From: Opitutus sp. GAS368
GTDB taxonomy: Bacteria > Verrucomicrobiota > Verrucomicrobiia > Opitutales > UBA953
Assembly: GCA_943330755.2 (NCBI GenBank)
Contig: CALQIY020000001.1
Span: forward strand, 7,955 to 71,954
DNA length: 64,000 nucleotides
Reading direction: 5' to 3'
The notes under the pieces were generated by a model. The model was given only the letters and a program-made list of their open reading frames with translations. It made no database searches and was not told the origin of the DNA. The first letter of the stretch is position 1. Each line of letters starts with the position of its first letter. This document shows, one piece after another, positions 9,042-18,317 of this stretch. A program made the translations under genes and the position numbers.

Positions 9042-11582
9042 ATGGCTAGGTTTAATCACAAAACGTCGATGTCTACCCCAAGACCGGCAAACCGCTCCTA
9101 TTCCACGGAGGCCCTCGAACGCTGGTTCGGGCACCTTCCGGAGGACTGGGAGGGTGTGTTTAAAACGGATGACCTAGAAGAAGGTCGGCGTCTTTACACC
9201 GAGGGATTGGTCCGAACCCTCGAACTCAAACCGACTTCCGCCGAGGGCGTCACCAAGACGGAAACTCAGACCGTCCGCGCGGTCATCGAACTCCGGGATG
9301 GCACGCTCGAATGGCGCACCTCTTTGCCCGAAGAGGAAAACGGCGCGCCGTTCGCGGTCGCGACGATGTATGAGGTCGAAGAACTTCTCGCCGATGAGAT
9401 CAAAGCCATCGACGATACGGCCCCCGCCGCTGAAATCGCTCCGATCGCCAAGGCGGAGCCCAAGGACACGGGTGGCCGGACAGCCCTGAAGCTCCAAGTC
9501 TCCTTTGACCTGACCTCGGAAGGGCTCACGGCCTCCGCCTCGTGGGTTGGGCGGGGCGGGCACTCCTGGAATTGCTTTGGTCCCGGCTCGATCCCCGGCG
9601 ATGAGCTTTCGGATGAGCAGCGGCAGACCCTTTTCCGGTTCAGCACGGTGGCCCATCGCGCCGGCTACGCCTACAGCAAGACCGCCGGCACCTGGGCGAT
9701 GGATAACATCGGCCGAATCGAGCGTTTCGTGCGCGAAGAGCTCAACGAGTGGCGCAAGCGCTTCAAGCTGCAAGGGGAGGAGGGGTTGAACATTTTCCGG
9801 AACGAGCAACTGCAAGTCGCCGTCGATGCGGAAGCCGAAGCGGGGGCCGACGGAAAATCCTTCCGGTTGAATTGGCGGCTCAAGGCCGGCACCCACCAAC
9901 TGCAGAGCCATGAACAGAAGCTCCTGCTCAAGGCGGGCGGGCGGCCGGTCATCCTGCCCGGGAAAGGCGTCGTGGCCTACAACGCGGCCGTGGCGGACTT
10001 CTCCGAAGACTGGAAGGCCAAGGACGGGGAAGTGCCGCGTTACTTGTTGTTGTCGTTGTTCGACCATGCCGCCGTGGGGGCGCTGCGGCTCAACGACGAA
10101 TTGCGCGCCTGGAAAGACCAACTCCTGCAGGAGCCCATCCCGCCCGACAACCTGCCGCAACACCTGCGACCCTACCAAGCCAAGGGCGTGACTTGGCTCG
10201 GTCGACTTTGCGACCTGGGCTCACACCCATTGTTGGCCGACGAGATGGGCCTCGGCAAGACCGTGCAGGTCTTGGCCTTGCTTGCGTCGCGCCCAGCGGG
10301 CGAACGCTCGCTCATCGTGTGTCCGGCCAGCGTGATCCCCGTTTGGCTCGGCGAAATCAAACGCTTCCATCCGGAGCTGGCCGCCTCGGTCCTCACCGCG
10401 GAGGACGATTTCGCCAAACACCCCGAAGCCAAACTTTGGATCTCGAGCTACACCCAGCTTCGCCGCCACGCCAATCTGCTGGAAAAGACGAAGTTTGGTT
10501 ACGCCATCCTGGACGAAGCCCAGGCCATCAAGAACCCGGAATCCAAGACCACCCAGACGTGCTTGTCGGTGCAGGCTGAACACCGCATCGCCATCACCGG
10601 CACGCCCCTCGAGAACCGTCCGACCGACATCTGGACGATCTTCCGCTTCCTCATGCCGGGCCTGCTCGGCAAACGCGCGAACTTCGAACGCGTCATGCTG
10701 CGCGACCCGTCGGCGGGGCTGGTCAAGGTCCGTCGGCAAGTCTCCCCCTTCATCCTCCGCCGGCTCAAGCGCCACGTCGCGGCGGATATCCCGCCGAAGA
10801 TGGAAGTGGTGTTGCCGTGTCCGCTCACCCATGAGCAACGCGCGCTCTACCAGCACCTGACGCAAGGCAGCGGCCTTTCCGGGGAACTCGCCGGGTTGTT
10901 GTCTCGCGACGCCACCTCGGTCCTCACTTTGCTCATGCGGCTGCGGCAGGTCTGCTGCGACCCCGGGCTCCTGCCCGACAATTCCGGCTGCCCCAGCGCC
11001 CACTCCGGCAAGATCACGCTGCTGGTCTCGAAGCTGGCGGAAGTGGCGGCCAACGGCTCCAAGGCCGTGGTCTTCTCGCAATTCGTCTCGCTCATCGAAC
11101 GGGTGAAGAAGGCTTTGGCGCGCGACCTGCCGAACCTACCGATCTTCGAACTGACCGGAGAGACCAAGGATCGCTCCGCGCCCGTCGAACGGTTCAAGGA
11201 GACGAAGGGCCCGGCCTTGTTCCTGGCTTCCCTCAAGGCGGGCGGCACGGGCATCACCCTCAACACGGCGGAGTACGTGTTCTTGCTCGACCCGTGGTGG
11301 AACCCCGCCGTCGAAGCCCAAGCCGTCGACCGCGTCCACCGCATCGGCCAGAAGAATCCCGTGCTGATCTACCGCATGATCGCCCCGGGCACCGTGGAGG
11401 AGCGCATCGAGGAGCTCAAGCAGGAGAAGCGCGAACTCTTCTCGGCCGTCGTCGGCGATATCCCGGACATGACGGATTGGACGCGGCACTTCTCGTCGCT
11501 CGACGCGCTCATCCGTCTCAGCGATTCGCCGGCCGCCGCCGCTTCCGCGGAAGTCGCCCCGGAACGCGAACAGGAAGCCTGA
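9042..11582 (+). CDS. SNF2-family DEAD/DEAH-box helicase (RapA/HepA-like) with a ~370-aa N-terminal accessory region
   Basis: Helicase motifs LLADEMGLGKT (I), ILDEAQAIKNP (II) and DPWWNPAVEAQAVDRVHRIGQ (VI). Confidence 0.85.
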   Translation: MARFNHKTSMSTPRPANRSYSTEALERWFGHLPEDWEGVFKTDDLEEGRRLYTEGLVRTLELKPTSAEGVTKTETQTVRAVIELRDGTLEWRTSLPEEENGAPFAVATMYEVEELLADEIKAIDDTAPAAEIAPIAKAEPKDTGGRTALKLQVSFDLTSEGLTASASWVGRGGHSWNCFGPGSIPGDELSDEQRQTLFRFSTVAHRAGYAYSKTAGTWAMDNIGRIERFVREELNEWRKRFKLQGEEGLNIFRNEQLQVAVDAEAEAGADGKSFRLNWRLKAGTHQLQSHEQKLLLKAGGRPVILPGKGVVAYNAAVADFSEDWKAKDGEVPRYLLLSLFDHAAVGALRLNDELRAWKDQLLQEPIPPDNLPQHLRPYQAKGVTWLGRLCDLGSHPLLADEMGLGKTVQVLALLASRPAGERSLIVCPASVIPVWLGEIKRFHPELAASVLTAEDDFAKHPEAKLWISSYTQLRRHANLLEKTKFGYAILDEAQAIKNPESKTTQTCLSVQAEHRIAITGTPLENRPTDIWTIFRFLMPGLLGKRANFERVMLRDPSAGLVKVRRQVSPFILRRLKRHVAADIPPKMEVVLPCPLTHEQRALYQHLTQGSGLSGELAGLLSRDATSVLTLLMRLRQVCCDPGLLPDNSGCPSAHSGKITLLVSKLAEVAANGSKAVVFSQFVSLIERVKKALARDLPNLPIFELTGETKDRSAPVERFKETKGPALFLASLKAGGTGITLNTAEYVFLLDPWWNPAVEAQAVDRVHRIGQKNPVLIYRMIAPGTVEERIEELKQEKRELFSAVVGDIPDMTDWTRHFSSLDALIRLSDSPAAAASAEVAPEREQEA

Positions 11583-11583
11583 G

Positions 11584-12963
11584 CTACTTGGCGATGAGGT
11601 CGTAGGCCTCGGCGCCGGTCACGGTCACGTCCGCGAATTCGCCCACCGGGAACTTCTTCGGCACCTTGACGATGCCGTCGATGTCCATGGCGTCGCCTTC
11701 GCTGCGCCCGACGCCGGGACTTTCGACGAGGACGCGGAGTTTGCGACCGATGAAACGCTCGCCGCGCTCCTTCGAGAGGCGCTGCAGCAAGGTCATGGCC
11801 CGGTCGTACCGGTCGGCCTTCACTTCATCCGAGAGGTGGCCGTCCATCTTGGCGGCCTTCGTGCCTTCCTCCTTGGAATACTTGAAGATGCCGACGCGGT
11901 CGAAGCGGGTGGCCGCGAGGAAAGCGAGGAGCTCCTGGAAGTCCTCTTCGGTTTCGCCCGGGAAACCAACGATGAAGGTCGTCCGGATCGCCATGTCCGG
12001 GGCGCCGACGCGCATGCGGCGGATGAGGTCGCGGATGTAGTCGCCGCTGGTCTCGCGCTGCATCGCCGTGAGCATCTTGCTCGAGATGTGCTGCAGGGGG
12101 ATGTCGACGTAGCGGGCGACGTGCTTGGACCGGGCGATGGTTTCGATGAGCTCATCGCTCCAGTGCGCCGGGTGGGTGTAGAGCAGGCGAATCCAGTAGT
12201 CGCCGGGGATGGCGTCCAATTCGCGGAGCAGGGAGGCGATGGATTCGCCCTTCGACGAGTCGACCTTGCTGCGCGGGTTCGGGCGTTCCTCGGTCCAGCG
12301 ATCCATCCCGAAGTAGGTCGTATCCTGGGAGATGAGGTTCAGTTCCTTGACGCCTTCCTTCACCAGCTGCTGGGCTTCCTTGACCACGGATTCCACCGTA
12401 CGGCTGCGGTGACGGCCACGGATGCGGGGGATGATGCAGAAAGTGCAGGGGTGATTGCAGCCTTCCGCGATCTTGATGTAGGCCGAATGCTTGGGCGTCA
12501 GGCGGAAGCGGGGGGTGTCGTAGTCCGGAATGAACGTCGTGGTCTTGGCCAAGAACTCCGTCATGCCGGCTTCACCGCCCATGACCTTATGGATGACGGG
12601 AACGATGTTGGTGACCTGGTCGAGACCGATGAAGGCATCGACCTTGGGCAGTTCGACTTGGCCCTTGGCGCCTTCGACGACGGGGAGGGCGCCTTGGTAG
12701 CGTTGCGACATGCAACCCGCCACGATGAGCTTCTGGTTCTTCTTGCGGGCGGTCGCCTTGCCGTCGCTCATCTCGTAGATGGCCTCGAGGGCCTCATGCT
12801 TCGAGGCATCAATAAATGAGCAGGTGTTGACGATGACCACGTCCGCATCGGCGGCATTGGCCGTCATGGTCATGCCGGCCTTGGCGAGGTGGCCGATCAT
12901 GATTTCGGAATCGATGAGGTTCTTGGCGCAACCAAGGGAGACTAGGCCTACTTTGACGGACAT
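11584..12963 (-). CDS. rimO: ribosomal protein S12 methylthiotransferase
   Basis: MTTase N-domain VSLGCAKN, radical-SAM CNHPCTFC and a C-terminal TRAM-like domain. The length (459 aa) is typical of RimO. Confidence 0.9.
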   Translation of the reverse strand: MSVKVGLVSLGCAKNLIDSEIMIGHLAKAGMTMTANAADADVVIVNTCSFIDASKHEALEAIYEMSDGKATARKKNQKLIVAGCMSQRYQGALPVVEGAKGQVELPKVDAFIGLDQVTNIVPVIHKVMGGEAGMTEFLAKTTTFIPDYDTPRFRLTPKHSAYIKIAEGCNHPCTFCIIPRIRGRHRSRTVESVVKEAQQLVKEGVKELNLISQDTTYFGMDRWTEERPNPRSKVDSSKGESIASLLRELDAIPGDYWIRLLYTHPAHWSDELIETIARSKHVARYVDIPLQHISSKMLTAMQRETSGDYIRDLIRRMRVGAPDMAIRTTFIVGFPGETEEDFQELLAFLAATRFDRVGIFKYSKEEGTKAAKMDGHLSDEVKADRYDRAMTLLQRLSKERGERFIGRKLRVLVESPGVGRSEGDAMDIDGIVKVPKKFPVGEFADVTVTGAEAYDLIAK

Positions 12964-13011
12964 GGGTACAGAAAGACCACCTTGGCCAAGAAAAGCAACC
13001 TTCCGGGGTGT

Positions 13012-13845
13012 TTAGAGCCTCAGCCAGACGGTCGCCGGGATGTCCTCGGGCCGAGCTTGGGCGGTCAGACCATGGCTGGGCAAGGCCTCCAACCACGCAC
13101 GCACGTCCGCCGCTTCGGGAAAAAGGTTCTTGGCGGACGACCCGACTTGTTTGCGGCGCTGGGTAAACAGGGCCCGCGATACCTCGCGTGCCCGGGCACT
13201 GAAGCGTTGGGCGTTCGGTTTCCGCTTCAGGACGAGCAGGCAGGAGTCGACCTTGGGCGGCGGGTTGAACGACTGTCCGGGGACGGGGTGCAACTTCACC
13301 TTCTCGAAAGCCAAGCTGACCTGCGCCGTGACCGCGGACCAGTGCTTGGTACCGACCTCAGCGGTCAGGCGATCCGCGGCTTCGCGTTGGAGCATCAGCA
13401 CCATGATTTCGGGGTGCGGCCCAGCGCAGATGGCATCCATCCACGGGGTGGAGATGGCGTAAGGCAGATTCGCCACGACCTTGAACGAGCCATCCGCAGG
13501 GGCGACCAGGTCCGCCAGAGGTTGCTCGACGGCGTCACCTTCCGTCAGATGGAAGGTTTGGGGCCAGCGGGGCAAAAGGGATTGCTTCAGGTGATAGACC
13601 ATCGTCGGGTCGGCTTCGACCGCGTGCAGCTCCACCCCCGCGCCCAACAGGGTTCGCGTCAGGGTCCCCAGGCCCGGCCCGACCTCCAAGACGCGATCGC
13701 CGGCCTTGATCTCGGCCAGTTCGAGCGACTTCCGCACGATGTTTCCATCGATCAGGAAGTTCTGGCCCAGCCACTTCTTGGGCATGTGCGCCAACCGCGC
13801 GAGCAGCTCGCGGGTTTCGGTCTGCGACAAGGGGCCGTCGTTCAT
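13012..13845 (-). CDS. rsmA: 16S rRNA (adenine1518/1519-N6)-dimethyltransferase
   Basis: LGQNFLID and the SAM motif VLEVGPGLGTLT. Confidence 0.92.
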   Translation of the reverse strand: MNDGPLSQTETRELLARLAHMPKKWLGQNFLIDGNIVRKSLELAEIKAGDRVLEVGPGLGTLTRTLLGAGVELHAVEADPTMVYHLKQSLLPRWPQTFHLTEGDAVEQPLADLVAPADGSFKVVANLPYAISTPWMDAICAGPHPEIMVLMLQREAADRLTAEVGTKHWSAVTAQVSLAFEKVKLHPVPGQSFNPPPKVDSCLLVLKRKPNAQRFSARAREVSRALFTQRRKQVGSSAKNLFPEAADVRAWLEALPSHGLTAQARPEDIPATVWLRL

Positions 13846-14702
13846 CGGCCGCGAAAAGCCTGCAGGAGCGCCGCGGGACTGTCCGCGCGCATCAAGGATT
13901 CCCCCACGAGCAGGGCATGCGCACCGGCGTGGCGCATCCGGGCGGCGTCTTCCGCCGTCTTGATGCCGCTCTCCGCGACCTTGAGGATGTGCGCGGGCAT
14001 CTGCGGGATGACGCGCTCGGCGAAACTCAGGTCGATCTGGAAGGTCGAGAGATTGCGGTTGTTGACGCCGACCATGTCCGGGTCGTGGCGCAAGGCACGT
14101 TCAAGTTCCGCTTCATCGTGGACCTCGAAGAGGGTATCCAACCCCGCCAACTTCGCGGCGGCATGGATGGGACGGATCTCGGCGTCGGTGAGGCCACGGA
14201 CGATGATGAGGATGCAACGGGCGCCGGCTTGGGCGGCTTCGAGCACTTGGTACGGGTGCACCATGAAGTCCTTGCGAATGCAAGGGCGGGGGACCGGTAG
14301 CGTCGCTTGGTCTTGGACGACTTCGATGAGGTCCTGCAGCTGCCCCTTGAAGTAAGTCGACTCCGTCAGCACGGACAGGCATTCGGCCCCGGCTTCCGCG
14401 TAGAGCCGGGCTTGCGCCACGGCGTTCACTTCGGAGCGGATGGTGCCGACGCTCGGCGATGCCCGCTTCACCTCAGCGATGACGGTCAGGCGGCCCGGGA
14501 CGTGCAAAGACTGGCGAAAGCCAGGCAGGCGGGAGCGACCCGCGAAGGCGGCCAGTTCGGCTTCCGTGACGGCACGAGCGAACGGGGCAATTTCCCGGCG
14601 CTTGGCGTCCATGATTTCCGTCAGTTTGTCCACCCCCACAACGGAAACGAGACCGAGCCTTCTGGCAATCGTTTTGACTCCCCCGCCCAGACCCCTCTCC
14701 AT
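13842..14702 (-). CDS. trpC: indole-3-glycerol phosphate synthase
   Basis: VIAEVKRASPSVG and the rest of the TrpC barrel. The start is uncertain: ATG 14702 lies only 6 nt from the divergent mazG ATG. An in-frame GTG at 14633 (VDKLTEIMDAKRREI) fits family N-termini better. Confidence 0.9.
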   Translation of the reverse strand: MERGLGGGVKTIARRLGLVSVVGVDKLTEIMDAKRREIAPFARAVTEAELAAFAGRSRLPGFRQSLHVPGRLTVIAEVKRASPSVGTIRSEVNAVAQARLYAEAGAECLSVLTESTYFKGQLQDLIEVVQDQATLPVPRPCIRKDFMVHPYQVLEAAQAGARCILIIVRGLTDAEIRPIHAAAKLAGLDTLFEVHDEAELERALRHDPDMVGVNNRNLSTFQIDLSFAERVIPQMPAHILKVAESGIKTAEDAARMRHAGAHALLVGESLMRADSPAALLQAFRGR

Positions 14703-14708
14703 CGGGTC

Positions 14709-15371
14709 ATGTCCGGCCTAGACCTCCTTCTCGCGACCACCGCCCGACTCCGCGCCCCCGATGGTTGCCCCTGGGATCGCGAGCAAACCCACCGCACCAT
14801 CTGCGACTGCCTCGTGGAGGAGGTCTGCGAACTCCTCCAAGCCATCGATCGCAACGACGATGCCAACCTCCGGGAAGAACTGGGCGACCTCCTTTTCCAT
14901 GTCGTGCTGCATGCCCAGATGGCGACCGAGGCCGGTAAATTCAATTTCGACGACGTCGCCCGGGAAGTGAACGACAAGATGGTCCGTCGGCACCCGCATG
15001 TCTTCGGCGACGGGGTCAAACTCGGCGATTCCGAAGCCGTCGTGAAGCAGTGGGAGCAGATCAAGCTCAAGGAGAAAGGCGCCGCCAAGCCGACGCTCTT
15101 CAAGGCGCTGCCCCCGACCCTCAATCCGGTCCTGACCGCCCGCGAAGTCTGGAAGCAAGTGCAGAAAAAGGTGCTGGATACCGGGACCACGGTGAACCGC
15201 GCGGCGGTCGCCACCACCGCGCAGGGACTTTCCGAAGCCGCCGCCGGCCAGAAACTCTTCGAACTGATCGCCGCTTGTCGTGACGCCGGCATCGATCCGG
15301 ATTCGGCGTTGCGCCGGCACACCGCGACGGTGGTGGCCGAGGCCGAAAAGCACGGCACGCCGCAGGGCTAA
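14709..15371 (+). CDS. mazG: nucleoside triphosphate pyrophosphohydrolase MazG
   Basis: CPWDREQTH, EEVCELLQAI and KMVRRHPHVF. The track ORF starts at 14307, but that upstream part is antisense to trpC, so it is trimmed to ATG 14709. Confidence 0.88.
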   Translation: MSGLDLLLATTARLRAPDGCPWDREQTHRTICDCLVEEVCELLQAIDRNDDANLREELGDLLFHVVLHAQMATEAGKFNFDDVAREVNDKMVRRHPHVFGDGVKLGDSEAVVKQWEQIKLKEKGAAKPTLFKALPPTLNPVLTAREVWKQVQKKVLDTGTTVNRAAVATTAQGLSEAAAGQKLFELIAACRDAGIDPDSALRRHTATVVAEAEKHGTPQG

Positions 15372-15375
15372 CGCG

Positions 15376-16101
15376 ATGCCCCCGGAGCAACCCATCACGG
15401 TGCATGTGGCTGGCCGCGTGGTGCAGGTTTGGCCCAAACCATCGGAACGTGCCCGCCGCGTGCGACTTTCCGTCAAGCCCGGCCCACGGGTCGAGCTGAC
15501 TTACCCCGTCCATGCCTCGCAGGCATCGGCGATGGCTTTCCTGAAGGATAATCTACCCTGGTTGGAGCAAGTCGTCCAAAAGGCGCGCGCGGTCCAACCC
15601 TCGCTGCTCGCCCATTTGGAAAAGTTCCCCTGGGCCACGCTGGACGAGCGAATGATGGAAGTGAGCATTTTGACGGGCGCGCGGGCCCGGCTGATCATCG
15701 CCCAAGAAGCGGACGCCGTCGAAATGCACCTGCCCACCGAGGGTAGGGAAGCCGCGGCCGTGCGCGTGCTGCGGCGACTGGCCGAAACCGGCTTGCCGTT
15801 GGCCGTCGAACGCCTCGCTCGCCGGGTCGGGGTCAGCGTGGATGGCGTGAGCGTCCGCGACCAGACCAGCCGTTGGGGCTCGTGTTCGCAGCAGGGGGCG
15901 CTCTCGCTCAACTGGCGCCTCGTCCTCCTGCCGCCGGTCGTCCATGACCACGTCATTTACCACGAACTGGCGCACCGCAAGCACATGGACCACTCCGACC
16001 GCTTCTGGAATCAGCTCGCGGCGTGGGATCCCGAATGGAAGAAGCATGACCGCGCATTGACCAAGCGGTGGAATATCATCATGGATCTGGGCCGCGCATG
16101 A
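15376..16101 (+). CDS. M48-family/YgjP-like metallopeptidase (DUF45)
   Basis: C-terminal HExxH region YHELAHRKHMDHSDRFW. ATG 15376 lies 4 nt after the mazG stop. Confidence 0.8.
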   Translation: MPPEQPITVHVAGRVVQVWPKPSERARRVRLSVKPGPRVELTYPVHASQASAMAFLKDNLPWLEQVVQKARAVQPSLLAHLEKFPWATLDERMMEVSILTGARARLIIAQEADAVEMHLPTEGREAAAVRVLRRLAETGLPLAVERLARRVGVSVDGVSVRDQTSRWGSCSQQGALSLNWRLVLLPPVVHDHVIYHELAHRKHMDHSDRFWNQLAAWDPEWKKHDRALTKRWNIIMDLGRA

Positions 16102-16640
16102 GAAAGGAAATCGGCCAGTCTCCGGACGAAGTCTTCGACGTCGTCGACGACCAGGACGTCGTCATCGGGTCCTGCCCCCGCAGCGAGATCCATCGCCGGC
16201 AACTCCGGCACCGCGCCATCCACATCTTCTGGCTCCGCGCCGACGGTCAACTGTGCCTGCAACGCCGCTCGTACGCCAAGGACAATTGCCCCGGACAGGT
16301 CAGCACCTCCTGCGCCGGACATGTCGACAGCGGGGAGACCTACCCTGTGGCCGCGGTCCGGGAACTGCGGGAGGAAATCGGCCTCCAGGTCCGCCCCGAG
16401 GACTTACTAGAAATTGATTACGCCCCATGCCATGCGGATCTCGGGCATGAATTCGTCCGCTCCTACCTGTTGCGCGGCGACTACGTCCCGACCTTGGGGC
16501 GCGCCGAGGTGGACTCCATCCTCTGGCGCCAGCCGGCGGAAGTAGAGGCTTGGATGCACCGTTTCCCGGCCGGGTTTTCGCTGCCCCTGGTGCACCTCTA
16601 TGGTCGCCCCAACGTCCGCCGAGCCCTGGGCCTTGCGTAA
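16098..16640 (+). CDS. NUDIX hydrolase
   Basis: Nudix box GHVDSGETYPVAAVRELREEIGL. ATGA start/stop overlap with the upstream gene. Confidence 0.8.
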   Translation: MRKEIGQSPDEVFDVVDDQDVVIGSCPRSEIHRRQLRHRAIHIFWLRADGQLCLQRRSYAKDNCPGQVSTSCAGHVDSGETYPVAAVRELREEIGLQVRPEDLLEIDYAPCHADLGHEFVRSYLLRGDYVPTLGRAEVDSILWRQPAEVEAWMHRFPAGFSLPLVHLYGRPNVRRALGLA

Positions 16641-17333
16641 GTGTTTGAAATGCGGACGGGAAACTGCGTCCATTGCCGCGTGACCGCGCCGAACCAAGAC
16701 TTACCCGAAACCCCCGTGGAGGTGGCCTGGTACCACTGGCTCTGGGTTTGGTTCGCCGCCATGGTCCTACGCATCTGGTTGGGCACCTTGCGGGTCCACG
16801 CCAATGTACCGAAGGTCGACGACCGCGACGGACCCTTCGTCCTGCTCCTCTGGCACGACCGGCTCTTCACGTCTTCGTTGATCGCCAATCGCTTCTTGGA
16901 CCGTCGGGTCACCGCGCTCATCAGCACCAGCAAAGATGGCGGATGGTTGGTCGCCTTCTTTCGCCTGATGGGCATCAAGGCGGTGCGTGGCTCATCGAGC
17001 AAGCGCGGCGCCGCCGCGTTGATGTCCTTGACGCGGGCCGTCCGCGGCGGCGACCACGCCGGCGTGACGCCCGATGGCCCGAAAGGACCGCGGCGGGAAT
17101 TCAAGGCGGGGGCCGTCTCCTTGGCGAAACTCACCGGCCGACCTTTCCTGATCATGGGGATGAATTTCCGTTCGGCTTGGACGATGCGGAGCTGGGATAA
17201 GTTCGCGCTGCCCAAGCCATTCTCGCGCGTGGACGTGACTTTCGAAGTCATCGCCTGTCCGTCCCGCGAGACGGACGACGCCCAGCTGGCGGCGCACCTG
17301 CAAGCCCGCCTGAACGAGCTCTCCGGGGCTTAA
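16641..17333 (+). CDS. DUF374 / lysophospholipid acyltransferase family protein
   Basis: LLLWHDRLF, ALISTSKDGGW and VTPDGPKGPRREFKAGAVSLA are typical of DUF374. The GTG start immediately follows the Nudix stop; an alternative ATG is at 16650. Confidence 0.7.
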   Translation: MFEMRTGNCVHCRVTAPNQDLPETPVEVAWYHWLWVWFAAMVLRIWLGTLRVHANVPKVDDRDGPFVLLLWHDRLFTSSLIANRFLDRRVTALISTSKDGGWLVAFFRLMGIKAVRGSSSKRGAAALMSLTRAVRGGDHAGVTPDGPKGPRREFKAGAVSLAKLTGRPFLIMGMNFRSAWTMRSWDKFALPKPFSRVDVTFEVIACPSRETDDAQLAAHLQARLNELSGA

Positions 17334-17920
17334 GCCCGGACCAACAATTTCTCGGCGTATTTAGCCAGAAGGTCCGACTCCAGGTTCACGCGTTCGCCTG
17401 CCTGCCGGCCGGCGAGATTGGTGACCGCCAAGGTATGGGGAATGATCCAGATGCGAAAACCGGCGGGGAGGACATCGGCCACGGTCAGGGACATGCCATC
17501 GACGGCGATGCAGCCTTTTTTGACCACGTGCCGGCGGACTTCGGCCGGTGCATCGATGTCGAGACGCCAATCGGCGCCATCGGCTCCAAAAAAGGCGACC
17601 GTGCCGCAGGCGTCGATATGCCCGGTCACGAAATGTCCACCCATGCGATCGGTCGGTCGCAGGCTCGGTTCCAGGTTCACGGTGGAGCCGACTTGAAGGT
17701 CGCCCAGGTTCGTCAGCCGCAGGGTTTCGGCCAGAAGGTCGAAGGAGGCGACCTCGGCTTGCACCGAGGTCACGGTCAGGCAGCAACCATTCACGGCGAT
17801 GGAAGCACCGAGTTCGGCCGCAGCGAGCAGGGGGGACGTTAGTTTCAGGCGGGTCGCCCCCGAGGGCAATACGTCCCGCGAAACGACCTTCCCGGTTGCT
17901 TGGACTAAGCCAGTGAACAT
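17330..17920 (-). CDS. ribE: riboflavin synthase (alpha chain)
   Basis: MFTGLVQATGKV.. N-terminus, two lumazine-binding repeats, 196 aa. Confidence 0.92.
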   Translation of the reverse strand: MFTGLVQATGKVVSRDVLPSGATRLKLTSPLLAAAELGASIAVNGCCLTVTSVQAEVASFDLLAETLRLTNLGDLQVGSTVNLEPSLRPTDRMGGHFVTGHIDACGTVAFFGADGADWRLDIDAPAEVRRHVVKKGCIAVDGMSLTVADVLPAGFRIWIIPHTLAVTNLAGRQAGERVNLESDLLAKYAEKLLVRA

Positions 17921-17926
17921 GCCAAT

Positions 17927-17949
17927 AAAAAGGGGCCGTTGCCGGCCCC
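17927..17949 (-). terminator. intrinsic terminator-like hairpin after tatA, abutting the ribE start
   Basis: The minus strand reads GGGGCCG-GCAA-CGGCCCC followed by TTTTTATTGG. The stem starts 8 nt after the tatA stop, and the U-tract ends ~4 nt before the ribE ATG. Confidence 0.6.
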
Positions 17950-17956
17950 AAGGGTC

Positions 17957-18259
17957 TTAGTTCTGTTTGCCTTCGGCGGCCCGCTTGGCGCGCTCTTCTT
18001 CTTCGATCTTCGCGCGGACGCGGGCACGTTCTTCTTCTTCGATTTGCTTGAGGCGGGCCTTCTTGCGCTCGTCTTCCTCGACGGCGGAGCGGACTTCCGT
18101 TTCAACCTCTTCGGAAGCCTTCTTGAATTCGCGCTTGGCCTTACCGAGGCCACGGGCGAGCTCGGGGATCTTGGAACCACCGAAAAGGAGCAGGGCAACA
18201 GCGAGAATGGCCCAGAAGACGGGGCCATCGAGGACGGCCAGAGGGAGCAGGGTGGTCAT
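17957..18259 (-). CDS. tatA: twin-arginine translocase subunit TatA/TatE
   Basis: FWAILAVALLLFGGSKIPELARGLGKAKREFKK (TM helix plus amphipathic helix), then a charged E/R/K tail. Trimmed to ATG 18259. Confidence 0.85.
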   Translation of the reverse strand: MTTLLPLAVLDGPVFWAILAVALLLFGGSKIPELARGLGKAKREFKKASEEVETEVRSAVEEDERKKARLKQIEEEERARVRAKIEEEERAKRAAEGKQN

Positions 18260-18317
18260 AGGAGGATTGCGGTTGCTGTAGGAGACGAAAGACCAATGAT
18301 TTTCCACAATTTCCCAA

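Noticed and set aside
9042-11582. SNF2 helicase, considered as part of a defence system (DISARM/BREX-like).
   Set aside because: No methyltransferase, PLD, DUF1998 or other defence partner is adjacent. It lies between sucA and rimO and has a RapA/HepA-like housekeeping architecture.
12981-12990. Perfect 10-bp palindrome CTTGGCCAAG upstream of rimO.
   Set aside because: It is a single, short occurrence with no loop, so it cannot form a hairpin. It has no repeat elsewhere in the window, which is not enough to call a regulatory site.
17994-18043. 14-nt direct repeat TCTTCTTCTTCGAT at 17994 and 18030.
   Set aside because: It lies inside tatA and simply encodes the duplicated IEEEER units of the charged C-terminal tail. 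It is not a CRISPR-like or mobile repeat.
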